A DNA stretch of 32,000 bases, from NCBI GenBank assembly GCA_965200155.1, contig CBDATR010000031.1:11321-43320 (forward strand). The letters run 5' to 3'. The notes under the pieces are model-generated. The model was not told where the DNA came from, made no database searches, and saw nothing but the letters and a program-made list of their open reading frames with translations. This document shows positions 7,635 through 17,238 of the stretch, one piece after another. Made by a program: the position numbers and the translations under genes. The first letter of the stretch is position 1. Each line of letters begins with the position of its first letter. This stretch comes from Nitrosopumilaceae archaeon. Its GTDB lineage: Archaea > Thermoproteota > Nitrososphaeria > Nitrososphaerales > Nitrosopumilaceae.

Positions 7635-10130
7635 TCATATCAGGAAATATTCCGCATCCGGATGATGCAATATTATGGCAGCAGTAGACTGGTCCGGAAT
7701 TATCTGCCCTGATGCGGACAGCGTCATGCCGGCCTTGTCCGGATGCAGCAGCCTCCATACAAGCTCATGCTGCTCTATGTTTGGACAGCTGGGGTATCCC
7801 CAGCTGTATCTGAGACAACCGGTATCCAGTCCCAGCTCAGTGCGTATTCTTCTGTTATTCCACTCTGCCAGGGCCTCCACAAACTCCACGGCTAGGCCGT
7901 GCAGGTAGTATGCGTCCGTTATTCTGCCTTCCTCGTTCCATTTCGATATAATCTCCTCTGCCCTACTACCTGCACTTACTGCCTGAAATATCACCACGTC
8001 GCTATACTGTTCCTTTCCAAAGTAGTCTGCCATGCACAGTCTCCTAGCTTTCTGAGAGCGGGGAAATGCAAGTCTTGTGTCCCTGTCATCACTGCGGATT
8101 ACCAGCCAGTTGCCGCGACTATGGCACTGAAAGTACCCATACGTAACTGTGGGCGCAAAGAGGGACTCCGCTCTTATCTTTTCCTGCCATTGCAGGTACA
8201 GTCTCTGGTGCTCCTCTGCCTGTTCACGACCGGCCATGCCCCGCAGACCCCAGGACAACTTGAAGAGAGATCTCTGGTCCACCAGTGACCAGACCTGCTG
8301 ATAGTCTATCACATCCTGCAGTATGGTCCGTCCCATGAACGGGGGGCGGGGGGGCTTTACCGCTCTGACATCGCTCTTGGATACCTGGGCAGCCGGGGCA
8401 GCCCTAGTAGGCGGGACATACTTTTCCAGCTTGTTGCGCCACTCCTTTCTCAAAATATCCGGCTCGGACATGAGCCTGTCCATAACCTTCAGTCCGTCGA
8501 ACATGGTATTACAATAAAAGACGCCGGGATCATAGATACCGTTATCGGTGGATATGCGGTTCACGAAACTGGTGTTTATGGCCGCGCCGCCGCACAGTAT
8601 GGGTATGCTCAAATCGTTATCCCTGGCATGATCCACAAAGTGCTTCATCTCCCTGGACGTATTCACCAAGAGCGCCGAGAGTCCTACAGCATCTGCATCA
8701 ACCTCCTGTATCTTGTCCAGGAATCTCTGCATGGGCACCTGCTTGCCCAAGTCGTATACTGCATACCCATTGTTCTGGAATATTGTCTTTACAAGGTTCT
8801 TTCCTATGTCGTGCACATCGCCGTATACGGTACCCAGAACCAGCTTGCCCTTGCTGGCACCCTCCTTCTTTAGCAGATACTTTTCCAGCTCCGATACCGC
8901 ACTCTTCATACATTCCGCGGATTTCAGTACAAAGGGCAGTATTATCTCACCTGCGCCGAATCTGTCCCCTACCGTCTTCATGGCGGGGAGGAGTGACTCG
9001 TTCAATACCTGGATGGCTGCGGGATGCGTTTGCTGTAATGGCGCCTGTATTTGGCCGTCCTGAATTACTGTATCCCCGTCCATGTTGGCGTGTATGGCCT
9101 GCACTACCTCCCTCTCGATTCCCTCCAGTATGCGATTTACAATCATATAGTTGGCCTTCTTGGATGCGGGCCATGCGGGGTCGATTGTGGGCTTTGCTGC
9201 GCCAGGTCCCTCGGAGCTTAGTCCCTCAAATACGTCCAGGAGTTTGGCCAGGGCGTCCGGCCGCCTGTTCAGTACCAAATCATCGGCAGCACGTTTCTGC
9301 GTTAGCGGTATGTTGGCGTATGGTATGATATCTGTGGGGTTCACTATTACGCAGTCCAGGCCAGCCTGAACTGCATGATAAAAGAATACGGAGTTTATCA
9401 CTTTGCGGGGATAGGGATCCAGTCCGAAACTGACATTGCTCAGGCCCAGAACCGTATATGACTGGGGAAATCTCTCCTTGATGAGCCGTATTCCTTCTAT
9501 GGTCTGGTTGGCCGAGTCAAGAAACTCATCCTCGCCTGTAGCCAGGGTGAATGTGAGTGGATCAAATATGTACTGCCACTCTTGTAAATCATACTTTTTG
9601 CCTGTCTCTACCAGTAATTCTGCCGTACTCATCTTCTGCCTTGCGGTCTTGGTCATGCCCTGCGGTCCTATACACATGGCTATGGCGGGCAGTCCGTACT
9701 TTTTCATTACCGGGGCAATGCCGGAGAATCGGCTCCCGTCCCCCTCCAGATTAATCGAGTTTATGATGGGCTTGCCGGGTATATGACGTACCGCGGCCTC
9801 TATAACTACTGGATCTGTCGAGTCTATGACTAATGGTGTCTCCACCTCCAGGCTTAGCTGCTTTACCAGTTTCACCATGAACTCCTTCTCGTCTGCGCGC
9901 TCAGTAACGGCGACACACACATCAAGACAGTGGGCCCCGCCCTGGGCTTGGTCGCGGGCTATATCCACTAATCCCTCGTAATCATCTGCCAGAATGAGGC
10001 GCTTGGCCTTGCGGGAGCCTGCCGCATTTACCCGCTCACCTATTATGAGTGGGGCCGGTCTCTGGCGCAGCGATATGGTGCGCATAGCCGAGCTCACTAG
10101 AGGAATCATGGGTTGTGTGTGCATTACCAA
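7635..10130 (-). CDS. metH: Cobalamin-dependent methionine synthase MetH lacking the N-terminal homocysteine-binding domain
   Basis: 831 aa. Opens directly with the pterin-binding domain (LIIGERVNAAGSRK...). It has the B12-binding motif GDVHDIGKNLV and a C-terminal AdoMet-activation-like domain. Confidence 0.85.
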   Translation of the reverse strand: MVMHTQPMIPLVSSAMRTISLRQRPAPLIIGERVNAAGSRKAKRLILADDYEGLVDIARDQAQGGAHCLDVCVAVTERADEKEFMVKLVKQLSLEVETPLVIDSTDPVVIEAAVRHIPGKPIINSINLEGDGSRFSGIAPVMKKYGLPAIAMCIGPQGMTKTARQKMSTAELLVETGKKYDLQEWQYIFDPLTFTLATGEDEFLDSANQTIEGIRLIKERFPQSYTVLGLSNVSFGLDPYPRKVINSVFFYHAVQAGLDCVIVNPTDIIPYANIPLTQKRAADDLVLNRRPDALAKLLDVFEGLSSEGPGAAKPTIDPAWPASKKANYMIVNRILEGIEREVVQAIHANMDGDTVIQDGQIQAPLQQTHPAAIQVLNESLLPAMKTVGDRFGAGEIILPFVLKSAECMKSAVSELEKYLLKKEGASKGKLVLGTVYGDVHDIGKNLVKTIFQNNGYAVYDLGKQVPMQRFLDKIQEVDADAVGLSALLVNTSREMKHFVDHARDNDLSIPILCGGAAINTSFVNRISTDNGIYDPGVFYCNTMFDGLKVMDRLMSEPDILRKEWRNKLEKYVPPTRAAPAAQVSKSDVRAVKPPRPPFMGRTILQDVIDYQQVWSLVDQRSLFKLSWGLRGMAGREQAEEHQRLYLQWQEKIRAESLFAPTVTYGYFQCHSRGNWLVIRSDDRDTRLAFPRSQKARRLCMADYFGKEQYSDVVIFQAVSAGSRAEEIISKWNEEGRITDAYYLHGLAVEFVEALAEWNNRRIRTELGLDTGCLRYSWGYPSCPNIEQHELVWRLLHPDKAGMTLSASGQIIPDQSTAAIILHHPDAEYFLI

Positions 10131-10174
10131 TTATTATACTGTGAAACTTGCTCGTGCCGGTTCAGGAATATATT

Positions 10175-10858
10175 ATGCCGCCTTGTGTTGCATGTGTGAA
10201 CGTGACACCTGCCTGGGATATCAAACATGACTGCCCGATAAATGTACCTTCCTTCTTTGATAAATGGGCCATGACTGGACTTGACGAGAGGCTGGAGGAA
10301 GGCCACGGATACAGCGTCCGGATGTATCTACGCAGCACGATACTGCCGGAGCGGTTCTCGTTTCTGGATGTGGGGTGCGGTAATGGCTGGGTGGTACGCA
10401 TGATGTCCCGGTATGATGGGTGTCACAGGGCCGTGGGCATTGACAAGAGCGCTGGCATGATAAATAACGCGCGCCGCCGCATTCATGGACACAAGGAGGA
10501 ATACTTTGCCACACCACTGGAGGAGTGGGACATGGTTCCCTTTGATATCATATTCTCCATGGAGTCCCTATATTACATGGAGTCCATGAGTGATGCCATT
10601 GCCAAGATACACTCGCTGCTGGTTCCCGGTGGCATATTCATATGCGGGACTGATTATTACGCGGAGAACCAGGAAACGCAGGTGTGGGGTGATCTCGTAG
10701 ATGATACCATGCACCTGCTCTCTGAGAGTCAGTGGGTGTCACTCTTTGAGGATGCCGGTTTTGGGGTACGTGCCACCCGTCTGCGCAATCCCGGCCATCC
10801 CGTAAAGTGGAAAAGGGATGAAGGTACGCTGTTTTTAGTCGGGAAACGACAGGACTAG
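10175..10858 (+). CDS. Class I SAM-dependent methyltransferase
   Basis: Motif I is FLDVGCGNGWVV, with post-I and motif II spacing as in class I methyltransferases. The track ORF begins at a TTG at 10148; the first ATG is at 10175. Confidence 0.75.
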   Translation: MPPCVACVNVTPAWDIKHDCPINVPSFFDKWAMTGLDERLEEGHGYSVRMYLRSTILPERFSFLDVGCGNGWVVRMMSRYDGCHRAVGIDKSAGMINNARRRIHGHKEEYFATPLEEWDMVPFDIIFSMESLYYMESMSDAIAKIHSLLVPGGIFICGTDYYAENQETQVWGDLVDDTMHLLSESQWVSLFEDAGFGVRATRLRNPGHPVKWKRDEGTLFLVGKRQD

Positions 10859-11182
10859 TACGCTTTGCATATTCTCGCCTTTACGCCTCAGAATCATTGT
10901 AGCCGATCATGCAATACTACGGAGATTATGCATAAAGGTTAGAGAATCCAGGATAGTGATGGATTTTGTACGTGATCGTTTTGAGCATTGTTGCCTGCAG
11001 ACCTATTTGCATAATGTCCTACAAAGATCACCATACCGGAAACCGTATTCGCCATGATGTTACACGATACATGTCTGGAAACGGCGCGGCATGGGGGTGG
11101 TCATTCCGGCGCACTGCAAGTTCTGGGTTGATCATCCGGCCTTGCTATATGCAGGAGTATGACATTGATGTTATGTGAGTGA

Positions 11183-11621
11183 TGTTTCATACCGAAATTA
11201 TATCGCTTAGTCATCCGTATCCTTTCCATCCATTTTGGGTCGTTCTATCTTGATGCGCGCCTGTTACGAAATGCCCTGAGCGGGGTCTCCAGGTTATGCA
11301 TGTCAAGAGCAAAGTGAAGCCGTATCTCATTGTAGTATTCTACATAATCTGACAGGCTTTCATAATGGAATATCTCATCCTAGATGCTCCGGTGAAATTG
11401 CTCCATCTTACCATTGGTCTGGGGGTGGCGGGGATGGCTATTGATGAGCTCAATACCCCGATTGAGCAGCTCATTCTAGAATATGGTGGGCTTCCATTTC
11501 TTCTTTGGAGCCTTGCTACGCGCTCCAACGAGGCATGATCCATTATCGGACAGTATATATGCCGGGGTTCCGAACTGCTCTATGGCCTTGCGTAATGGCG
11601 TTCTCGGACGTGGCCTCCCGG
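11183..11621 (-). pseudogene. Remnant (3' half) of a diverged IS481-like element with an rve-domain pseudogene
   Basis: The minus strand reads SDNGSCLVGARSKAPKKKWKPTIF*NELLNRGIELINSHPRHPQTNGKMEQFHRSI*DEIFHYESLSDYVEYYNEIRLHF with in-frame stops. The tail aligns with the 11622-11720 end of copy A. It is truncated by insertion of copy A. Confidence 0.7.
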
Positions 11622-12588
11622 TGTAATGTATGAAAAGTCGGTCCGCTAGTCATTGGTATCTCGCTCCATCCATTTTGCATCATTTGCCCTAATTGTCTGG
11701 GTCGCCTTTTTATTCCTGGAGTGGTGTCTCGCCGTTATCTATATCCCGTGAGAAGTGCAACCTTCTCTCATTGTAGTAGTCCACATAATCCCGGAGACTG
11801 TCATAATGCCAAATCTCGTCCTCAATCATTCCATGGAAGCGCTCCAGTTTGCCATTTGTCTGCGGGTGGTATGTCTGGAATTGATTAGTATGATGTCTTG
11901 ATCCAGCAGTTCTTCCTTGAATAGTGTTGGTTTCCAGCTTTTCTTGCCCTTTTATTGTCCTACGAAACACGCGCCGTTATCCGAGATGCAGGGGCGCCGA
12001 ATCGTTTCATTGCCAGTCTCAGTAATAGAGTGGCGTTCTCTGAGGTTGCATGCTCAAATAGTGCCGCTCCGACTATGCACCTGGATGCATCATCTATGAG
12101 ATTCAGTTCCCTGAAGCGCTCATCTTTCATGACATGCCAGTGCCACATTGCATTGGAATATTTACGCTCATAGCGTACCCACTCTGACTTTGCAGGTGAT
12201 GAGACTGTCGTACCGTTCTTTTTCATTATGCGATATACTGCGCGATATGATATATTGTAATTCTGTCTAAGCCTCTTTGCAATACGTACTACTCCGGCGG
12301 GATCCTTGCTGTATGCTTCAGTTACCATTCGTATCTGGGTGGCGGTGATTGGTATCATGGGCCTGCCCATCTTTACTCGAGTCGTTCCCGTCCTCTGGAA
12401 TCGGGCCCACAATCTTCGTACGTGTCTTGTTTCAGGTCTTGAGCTATTTTGGTGGTGGCAACGCCTCTTTTGCGTTGTCTTACTATTGATTCCTCTGTTA
12501 TTCTCTTTACCATAGCCTTTCGTGGCTTGTGCAATCTGAACTACTGTACGCCGGATCCTAAGCGGACTTACTTTTCGTACTATTGACA
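11622..12588 (-). mobile_element. IS481-like (rve integrase) element, copy A
   Basis: Imperfect inverted repeats of about 25 bp: tgtaatgtatgaaaagtcggtccgc at 11622 and tgtcaatagtacgaaaagtaagtccgc (reverse complement) at 12588. About 95% identical to 23314-24366. Confidence 0.8.
11710..12480 (-). pseudogene. IS481-like transposase (HTH + rve), frameshifted with an in-frame stop
   Basis: ORFs 11960-12628 and 11710-11970 carry WHWHVM...LIDDASRCIVG, then SDNGACFVGQ*KGKK and HPQTNGKLERFHGMIEDEIWHY...YYNERRLH in different frames. The 5' extension of the track ORF into 12596-12628 is MITE sequence. Confidence 0.75.
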
Positions 12589-12595
12589 AGGTAAG

Positions 12596-12687
12596 GTATG
12601 AGTTCACGTCTTCCGGAATCTTGTGCACAAATCACATTAACTGTCGCGATCAGTTGTGCGTAAATTTAGACACAGGTGAACTCATAC
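12596..12687 (+). mobile_element. MITE-1 copy with 8-bp TSD aaggtaag
   Basis: Full 92-bp match. aaggtaag occurs at 12588-12595 and 12688-12695, directly abutting the IS481-like end. Confidence 0.95.
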
Positions 12688-13038
12688 AAGGTAAGAGTGA
12701 CCAACAAAAGTCTAATACGCACTCACGGCAAACCGGCCTCTATCAAACTGCTCTAAAGTACGCATACAAAAATAATGGATGTGTGAAACTGTTCGCGCGG
12801 GACGACGTGGGTATTGTCAAAGATGGTGATGTTTTCATTTATGCGGGCACACAATATGCACGTGATAAAAATACTGTCGAATATGGCTGACATAGAGATC
12901 TATTCTGGTCGTAACGCTATCTGCTTAACTATTTAAAAAGTCGATAAACGCATTGCGAACTAAAATGTCGTCATTGTGAGGATACACTACTATCAATAAG
13001 ACACTATATTTCTATATATGTATTGTGTTCGATGTGAT

Positions 13039-13164
13039 GTAACCGTTTAGGTCACCCCTGAATAAAATACACTGCTAACATGCCTGTTCTCGCTTTTTCT
13101 ATCTTACATATGCCCATGAATTTACCATCTGGGTGTTAATCTTTAACGCGACCTAAACGGTTAC
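13039..13164 (+). mobile_element. MITE-2 copy (126 bp)
   Basis: gtaaccgtttaggtc at 13039-13053 and gacctaaacggttac at 13150-13164 form perfect 15-bp inverted repeats. The interior is homologous to 6124-6265. Confidence 0.85.
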
Positions 13165-13214
13165 CTAAAGTCGTGTGCGAATACATTTAACGGGGATACG
13201 CAATATTATAAGTA

Positions 13215-13628
13215 GTGAACGTTAGACGGGTTGGCAATGTCATACTGGCAGTAAAGGATATTGACAAATCCAAGTACTTTTATCATAATCTGATAGGTCT
13301 CCCCGTTCGTATGGAGCGGCGGGCATGGGTTGATCTTGGTACTACCGGAGCACTTCTAAGTCTTCATCCCGCTTCGTTGGCAGCTGAGCACACGGGTGGT
13401 TCCATCGACAATGGCATAACCATAGGTTTCCTTGTTGGTGATGTGAAATCCGCGCTAGAGGAGCTGCGCTCTCAGGGCGTACGCGTATATCGCGAGATAG
13501 TGATAAGAGATGCAGGCAAAAATGCTATTGTATATGACCCTGACGAATACTTGGTATCACTATTTGAACCAAACTTCAAGGACAAAGATCAGCAGACCGG
13601 TGGCTACCACGGTTTTACGCCAGTATAA
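13215..13628 (+). CDS. VOC/glyoxalase-family protein
   Basis: 137 aa with a GTG start. VGNVILAVKDIDKSKYFYHNLIGL and the C-terminal AIVYDPDEYLVSLFE are typical of the glyoxalase / bleomycin-resistance fold. Confidence 0.75.
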   Translation: MNVRRVGNVILAVKDIDKSKYFYHNLIGLPVRMERRAWVDLGTTGALLSLHPASLAAEHTGGSIDNGITIGFLVGDVKSALEELRSQGVRVYREIVIRDAGKNAIVYDPDEYLVSLFEPNFKDKDQQTGGYHGFTPV

Positions 13629-13647
13629 GTAAAATATAATGACATAT

Positions 13648-14037
13648 CTAATTTGAAATCACAGTCTTTGCCTGTCGTACAAGATCCATGTATTGTTGCT
13701 CCTCGGCGTCTATGGTAATTATAAATGATACCTTTCCGCTAGGAATGAGTACTAACTTTACCTTTTCATGACGCAGTAACATGTGTTGCAATTTGCCTAT
13801 ACTATCCTCGGTATCTATGCTGGTGTGAGCTAGTGTGGACATTAAAAAGAAGACATCTCTTGCCTTCTCCTTGTTGAGCAGTGGGCTAGCTCCGGTTCGT
13901 ATGAATCCTGCTAGTGTGCGGCCGTACTTGTTTATGGCGCCCACATATCTTATGCTTTGGGACAGGTTCATTATACTCTTGCATATCTTGCCGGACTCTG
14001 TGACTGTGTGTTTCCATTTCTCCTCACTGTGAGACAT
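13648..14037 (-). CDS. Conserved hypothetical small protein, paralog of 5078-5500
   Basis: 129 aa. Shares the I-R-[FY]-x-G-x-I-N-x-x-G-R core and a similar C-terminal beta-rich segment with the 5078-5500 product. Confidence 0.6.
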   Translation of the reverse strand: MSHSEEKWKHTVTESGKICKSIMNLSQSIRYVGAINKYGRTLAGFIRTGASPLLNKEKARDVFFLMSTLAHTSIDTEDSIGKLQHMLLRHEKVKLVLIPSGKVSFIITIDAEEQQYMDLVRQAKTVISN

Positions 14038-14187
14038 TTGATATATTCTCTCATGTTGGATATTTATGCTGTCTGGATATGCCTGTGAATTTGGCCCGGA
14101 CTTGATGAATATACGGTTTACCGCGAATAAAGATTTGGCGTTGCAATCCTGACCGCCGCGTTTCGTAACACAGAAATATGCTTCTTA

Positions 14188-14577
14188 TTGATTGATGATA
14201 TGGACCCCCACATACTGCAGCATATGCAAAACTTGTATGGACTAAATCCTGATGCTCCACACATGGCACTGGGGTTTCCCCGACTGCCACCCTTGGCACA
14301 CAAGAGGCTTTTGGGCCCGGGCAGCTCCATGACCGAGAGACTGGGCTCGCCCAGGGATGTGGCACGCGCGGATATGGACGGGTTTGCCGAAGAGTTCAGG
14401 GAAAGGACTGCCGCGCTAGTTTCCGGGGACGGGTTCCTGCCTGCCGGCCATCCACTGAGTAACAAAAAGCATCGCCTCCGGGCCCTTGTGGCGGAGAACC
14501 AGCGACTACAACAGGAGAACCAGGATCTCAAGCAAAAACTGGCGGCATCAGAGAAGCGGGATCAATTCTCCAGCTGA
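14188..14577 (+). CDS. Hypothetical protein with a C-terminal coiled coil
   Basis: 129 aa. The C-terminus LRALVAENQRLQQENQDLKQKLAASEKR has a heptad pattern. The competing minus-strand ORFs (14051-14365, 14118-14531) have Ser/Arg/Cys-rich antisense-like composition. Confidence 0.45.
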   Translation: MIDDMDPHILQHMQNLYGLNPDAPHMALGFPRLPPLAHKRLLGPGSSMTERLGSPRDVARADMDGFAEEFRERTAALVSGDGFLPAGHPLSNKKHRLRALVAENQRLQQENQDLKQKLAASEKRDQFSS

Positions 14578-14777
14578 GCCAGCAGTCTGACTATTATACG
14601 CGAATTCTCTCGGCGCTGTTTCCGTATATCTTCTATCTTGTGCTTATCCCGGCCTGCCATTACCAGTGAAAAATACTCCTCGTCCAGCGTACTGTTCTCG
14701 CTATACCTTTTGATAATCTCGAATAGAACCCCGATCAGCTGATTCTGCGCCTGTATCAGGTCATCCTTCTCACTCAT
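14562..14777 (-). CDS. Small helical hypothetical protein, translationally coupled to the HD-domain gene
   Basis: 71 aa. Its ATG overlaps the stop of the upstream HD gene (ATGA at 14774-14777). Confidence 0.5.
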   Translation of the reverse strand: MSEKDDLIQAQNQLIGVLFEIIKRYSENSTLDEEYFSLVMAGRDKHKIEDIRKQRRENSRIIVRLLAQLEN

Positions 14778-15289
14778 AATCCTGCATCCTGTCCAACACT
14801 CATTACGCGCCTGCCAGTTATGTCTTTTCTGTAGGATTCCATAAATGACTGGAAGTCTTCCGGTTTCATAATGTCCTTGTATCTTTTTGCCTGCAATGCC
14901 ATATCCAGACGATCTGCATCCCTAACAATTGCTGCCTCGGGGCTGTCCTGACGTGCATACTCGCGCCACACACTGGCATATTGCTCCCGCAACGGTTCCG
15001 GTAGGTGGCCCAGTATCTCATCCATGGCCTTTTGCTCCATTTCCCTTTTGCACTCATGTGGCATATGGCCGGGTATTATATCGCCGATTATGGACTCTGC
15101 CAGGTCATGCAGCAGCGCCATCCGAACGGCTTTGCAAACATCAAGGCCCTCCATATCCGCCATAATCATGGATAAAATGGCCGTTCCGTACGAATGTGCC
15201 GCAACAGACTCCGGGTTTTCCACACCGGCATTGAGCCAGCCCTGCCGTGGTACGCCCTTGAGATTAAACGCTGCTTGTATAATGTCCAT
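14774..15289 (-). CDS. HD-domain phosphohydrolase (YfbR/HDDC2-like 5'-deoxynucleotidase family)
   Basis: 171 aa. ESVAAHSY...LLHDLAESIIGDI contains the H...HD...D metal-binding signature. Confidence 0.8.
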   Translation of the reverse strand: MDIIQAAFNLKGVPRQGWLNAGVENPESVAAHSYGTAILSMIMADMEGLDVCKAVRMALLHDLAESIIGDIIPGHMPHECKREMEQKAMDEILGHLPEPLREQYASVWREYARQDSPEAAIVRDADRLDMALQAKRYKDIMKPEDFQSFMESYRKDITGRRVMSVGQDAGL

Positions 15290-15431
15290 CTATAACATTT
15301 TCTTGAAATTGATCAATTATAATGTCTGGCATGAAGTTTGTTGCATAACTGCCCTATTTCCAAATCCTATTACCGCAGGATATGGCTCACACAAATGGGG
15401 TGTTTTATACCACTAAGCGGTAACTTTTCTT

Positions 15432-15854
15432 GTGGAGATAGACCAGCCCCAGGATCCCGATTATGACTCGGTATGCATAAGATATGTGGGCCTTGCGGAT
15501 CCTCATGCTTTGGAGGGGATAAGCATACTTCAGGCCGCCGATGGTAGGGAGTTTCACATGAGAGCCTTCTCCGGCGAGGTGGCGCGCTTCATAGCCAGGT
15601 ATAACGCTGGCGGAGCGGATCCGGTACCCTCCGTATACAGTATGATAGGGGATATCTGCGAGACCAACGGCCTTACGCTGGTCAAGGTGAAAATATACGA
15701 GTCCGGTCAGGCGCTGAGGGCAAACCTGTACTTTACCGGCAAAAAAGACATGATACTGCGCAACTATCGTGCATCGGACGCGCTGGCCATGGCCTCCTAT
15801 ACGGGCGTTCCCATACTGGTACGCAGTAGCCTGCTACAAAGTCTGGATGCCTGA
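15432..15854 (+). CDS. Bifunctional nuclease (DUF151/BFN) family protein
   Basis: 140 aa with a GTG start. VKIYESGQALRANLYF and RASDALAMASYTGVPILV match the BFN-family core. Confidence 0.7.
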   Translation: MEIDQPQDPDYDSVCIRYVGLADPHALEGISILQAADGREFHMRAFSGEVARFIARYNAGGADPVPSVYSMIGDICETNGLTLVKVKIYESGQALRANLYFTGKKDMILRNYRASDALAMASYTGVPILVRSSLLQSLDA

Positions 15855-15985
15855 TGGTATGAGTTTGTGTCTTAATCATATGTACTAATAATTCCAATCC
15901 GTCGTGGATAAAATTGGACACACGTGAATTCTTCTGATTAATCCAAAACTCCACGTTTATTAGGCCCATCATATCGCGTGTTCTA

Positions 15986-17236
15986 GTGCGAACCATACTA
16001 GTCGTGGTTGCGGTGGCCTTGTCGGTTGCCATCGCGGGTATTATCACATTTGGGGGCCAGCCCGCTAATGTTGCCCAGTCCGGGGATGATACAATTCCGC
16101 CTACCCGCACCATACTCATAGGCTCCCTGCATCCATTGACCGGTTCTTTAAGCACACTGGGAGTGGAGACCATTCATGCCACGGAGCTGGCCGTACATGA
16201 CTTTAACCAGTACCTGGAGGAGCAGGGAGAAGACTGGAGGATGAGTCTCATAAGCGAGGACACCGCTACCACCCCTGCGGTCGCCCTAGACAAGCTGCAG
16301 ACCCTGCATTCCAGGGGCATCGATATAGTGATAGGGCCGGTTACCAGCGCCAATATACAGAACACAAAGGGGTACGCGGATGCCAACGATATCATAATGT
16401 TTAGCTGCTGCTCTTCCTCCTCTGCCCTAGCCATACCGGATGACAACATATTCCGTATCTCGCTGGACAACAAGAAGCACGGCGTCGCCATGGGCAAGAT
16501 AATTCGGGATAATGCCGATGTGCTGATACCGGTCTGGCGAGCAGACTCGTATGGCCAGAGTTTCCGGGATGACACGCTGGAGAACTTTGTAGCTAGGGGT
16601 GGCGTGGCGGACCCCGGAATAAGCTACAATCCTGACACGCATGATTTTAGCGCCGAGATATCCCTGCTGAACGAGAAAGTGGAGATACTGGTAGATCAGT
16701 ATGGCCCGGATAGAGTGGGCATATTATTGGTGGCCTTTGAGGATGCCATTCTGGTATTCCAGGCAGCCTCGCAATATGACATACTGCACGAGGTGCGCTG
16801 GTTTGGCTCCCAGTCCCTTTCCAAATCCCAGGTACTGGCCGAGGATCCAGTCAGCGGAAAATTTGTGGAAGAGGTGGGATTTCTCTCCACTGATGTGGCG
16901 GCAAACAAGGGCCCCAAGTTTGACATGGTTGCCGACTATGTGGCCGAAAAGACCGGTGACACTCCCTCATCATTCATGCACGGTAACTATGACAGCGTAT
17001 GGATGGTGGGCCTGACCATGCTGGATGCCGGTGCCACGGACGCGATGAGTGTCAAGTCCCGCATACCCGACATATCTGCCCAGTATCAGGGCGCCCTGGG
17101 AAACCTGCGACTTAACGATGCCGGTGATCTGGATGTTGATAACCTATCAATAGTATCATTGATGAACGGCACCTGGGTTGATGTGGGCATATATGATGCA
17201 ATAAATGATGACATAATTGGAATGCCGGATCCATAG
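15986..17236 (+). CDS. ABC-transporter substrate-binding protein (branched-chain amino acid / LivK-like, type I periplasmic binding fold)
   Basis: 416 aa with an N-terminal TM/signal anchor. IGSLHPLTGSLSTLGVE...AVHDFN and IVIGPVTSANI are typical of the Peripla_BP_6 family. Confidence 0.75.
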   Translation: MRTILVVVAVALSVAIAGIITFGGQPANVAQSGDDTIPPTRTILIGSLHPLTGSLSTLGVETIHATELAVHDFNQYLEEQGEDWRMSLISEDTATTPAVALDKLQTLHSRGIDIVIGPVTSANIQNTKGYADANDIIMFSCCSSSSALAIPDDNIFRISLDNKKHGVAMGKIIRDNADVLIPVWRADSYGQSFRDDTLENFVARGGVADPGISYNPDTHDFSAEISLLNEKVEILVDQYGPDRVGILLVAFEDAILVFQAASQYDILHEVRWFGSQSLSKSQVLAEDPVSGKFVEEVGFLSTDVAANKGPKFDMVADYVAEKTGDTPSSFMHGNYDSVWMVGLTMLDAGATDAMSVKSRIPDISAQYQGALGNLRLNDAGDLDVDNLSIVSLMNGTWVDVGIYDAINDDIIGMPDP

Positions 17237-17238
17237 TT

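Noticed and set aside
7675-9786. Numerous + strand ORFs of 60-180 aa lie inside metH (for example 8783-9328 and 9436-9786)
   Set aside because: They are antisense to a long, clearly homologous CDS and their composition is Ser/Arg/Pro/Cys-rich, typical of shadow frames. The same reasoning applies to shadow ORFs inside the AKR, SBP, dehydrogenase, purP, radical SAM and SDR genes.
10966-11178. A 70-aa ORF lies between the methyltransferase and the IS481-like remnant
   Set aside because: It has no family resemblance. It lies in a region containing a family-4-like repeat end and IS debris, and it lacks an ATG with a plausible upstream context. It is probably non-coding.
12596-12890. The peptide YEFTSSGILCTNHINCRDQLCVNLDTGELI recurs in many track ORFs (12621, 21746, 23368, 24305, 28461, 29379) and looks like a Cys-rich protein family
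   Set aside because: It is simply the one stop-free frame of MITE-1 in one orientation. The other five frames contain stops. Insertion adds 100 nt, which is not a multiple of 3. The ORFs differ completely outside the MITE. The sequence after the MITE at 12688-12890 may be a relic of a disrupted gene, but it has no start or recognisable family.
14051-14531. Minus-strand ORFs 14051-14365 and 14118-14531
   Set aside because: They overlap each other and the + strand ORF 14188-14577. They have low-complexity Ser/Arg/Cys-rich sequences. The + strand frame has a plausible coiled-coil C-terminus, although it remains only moderately supported itself.
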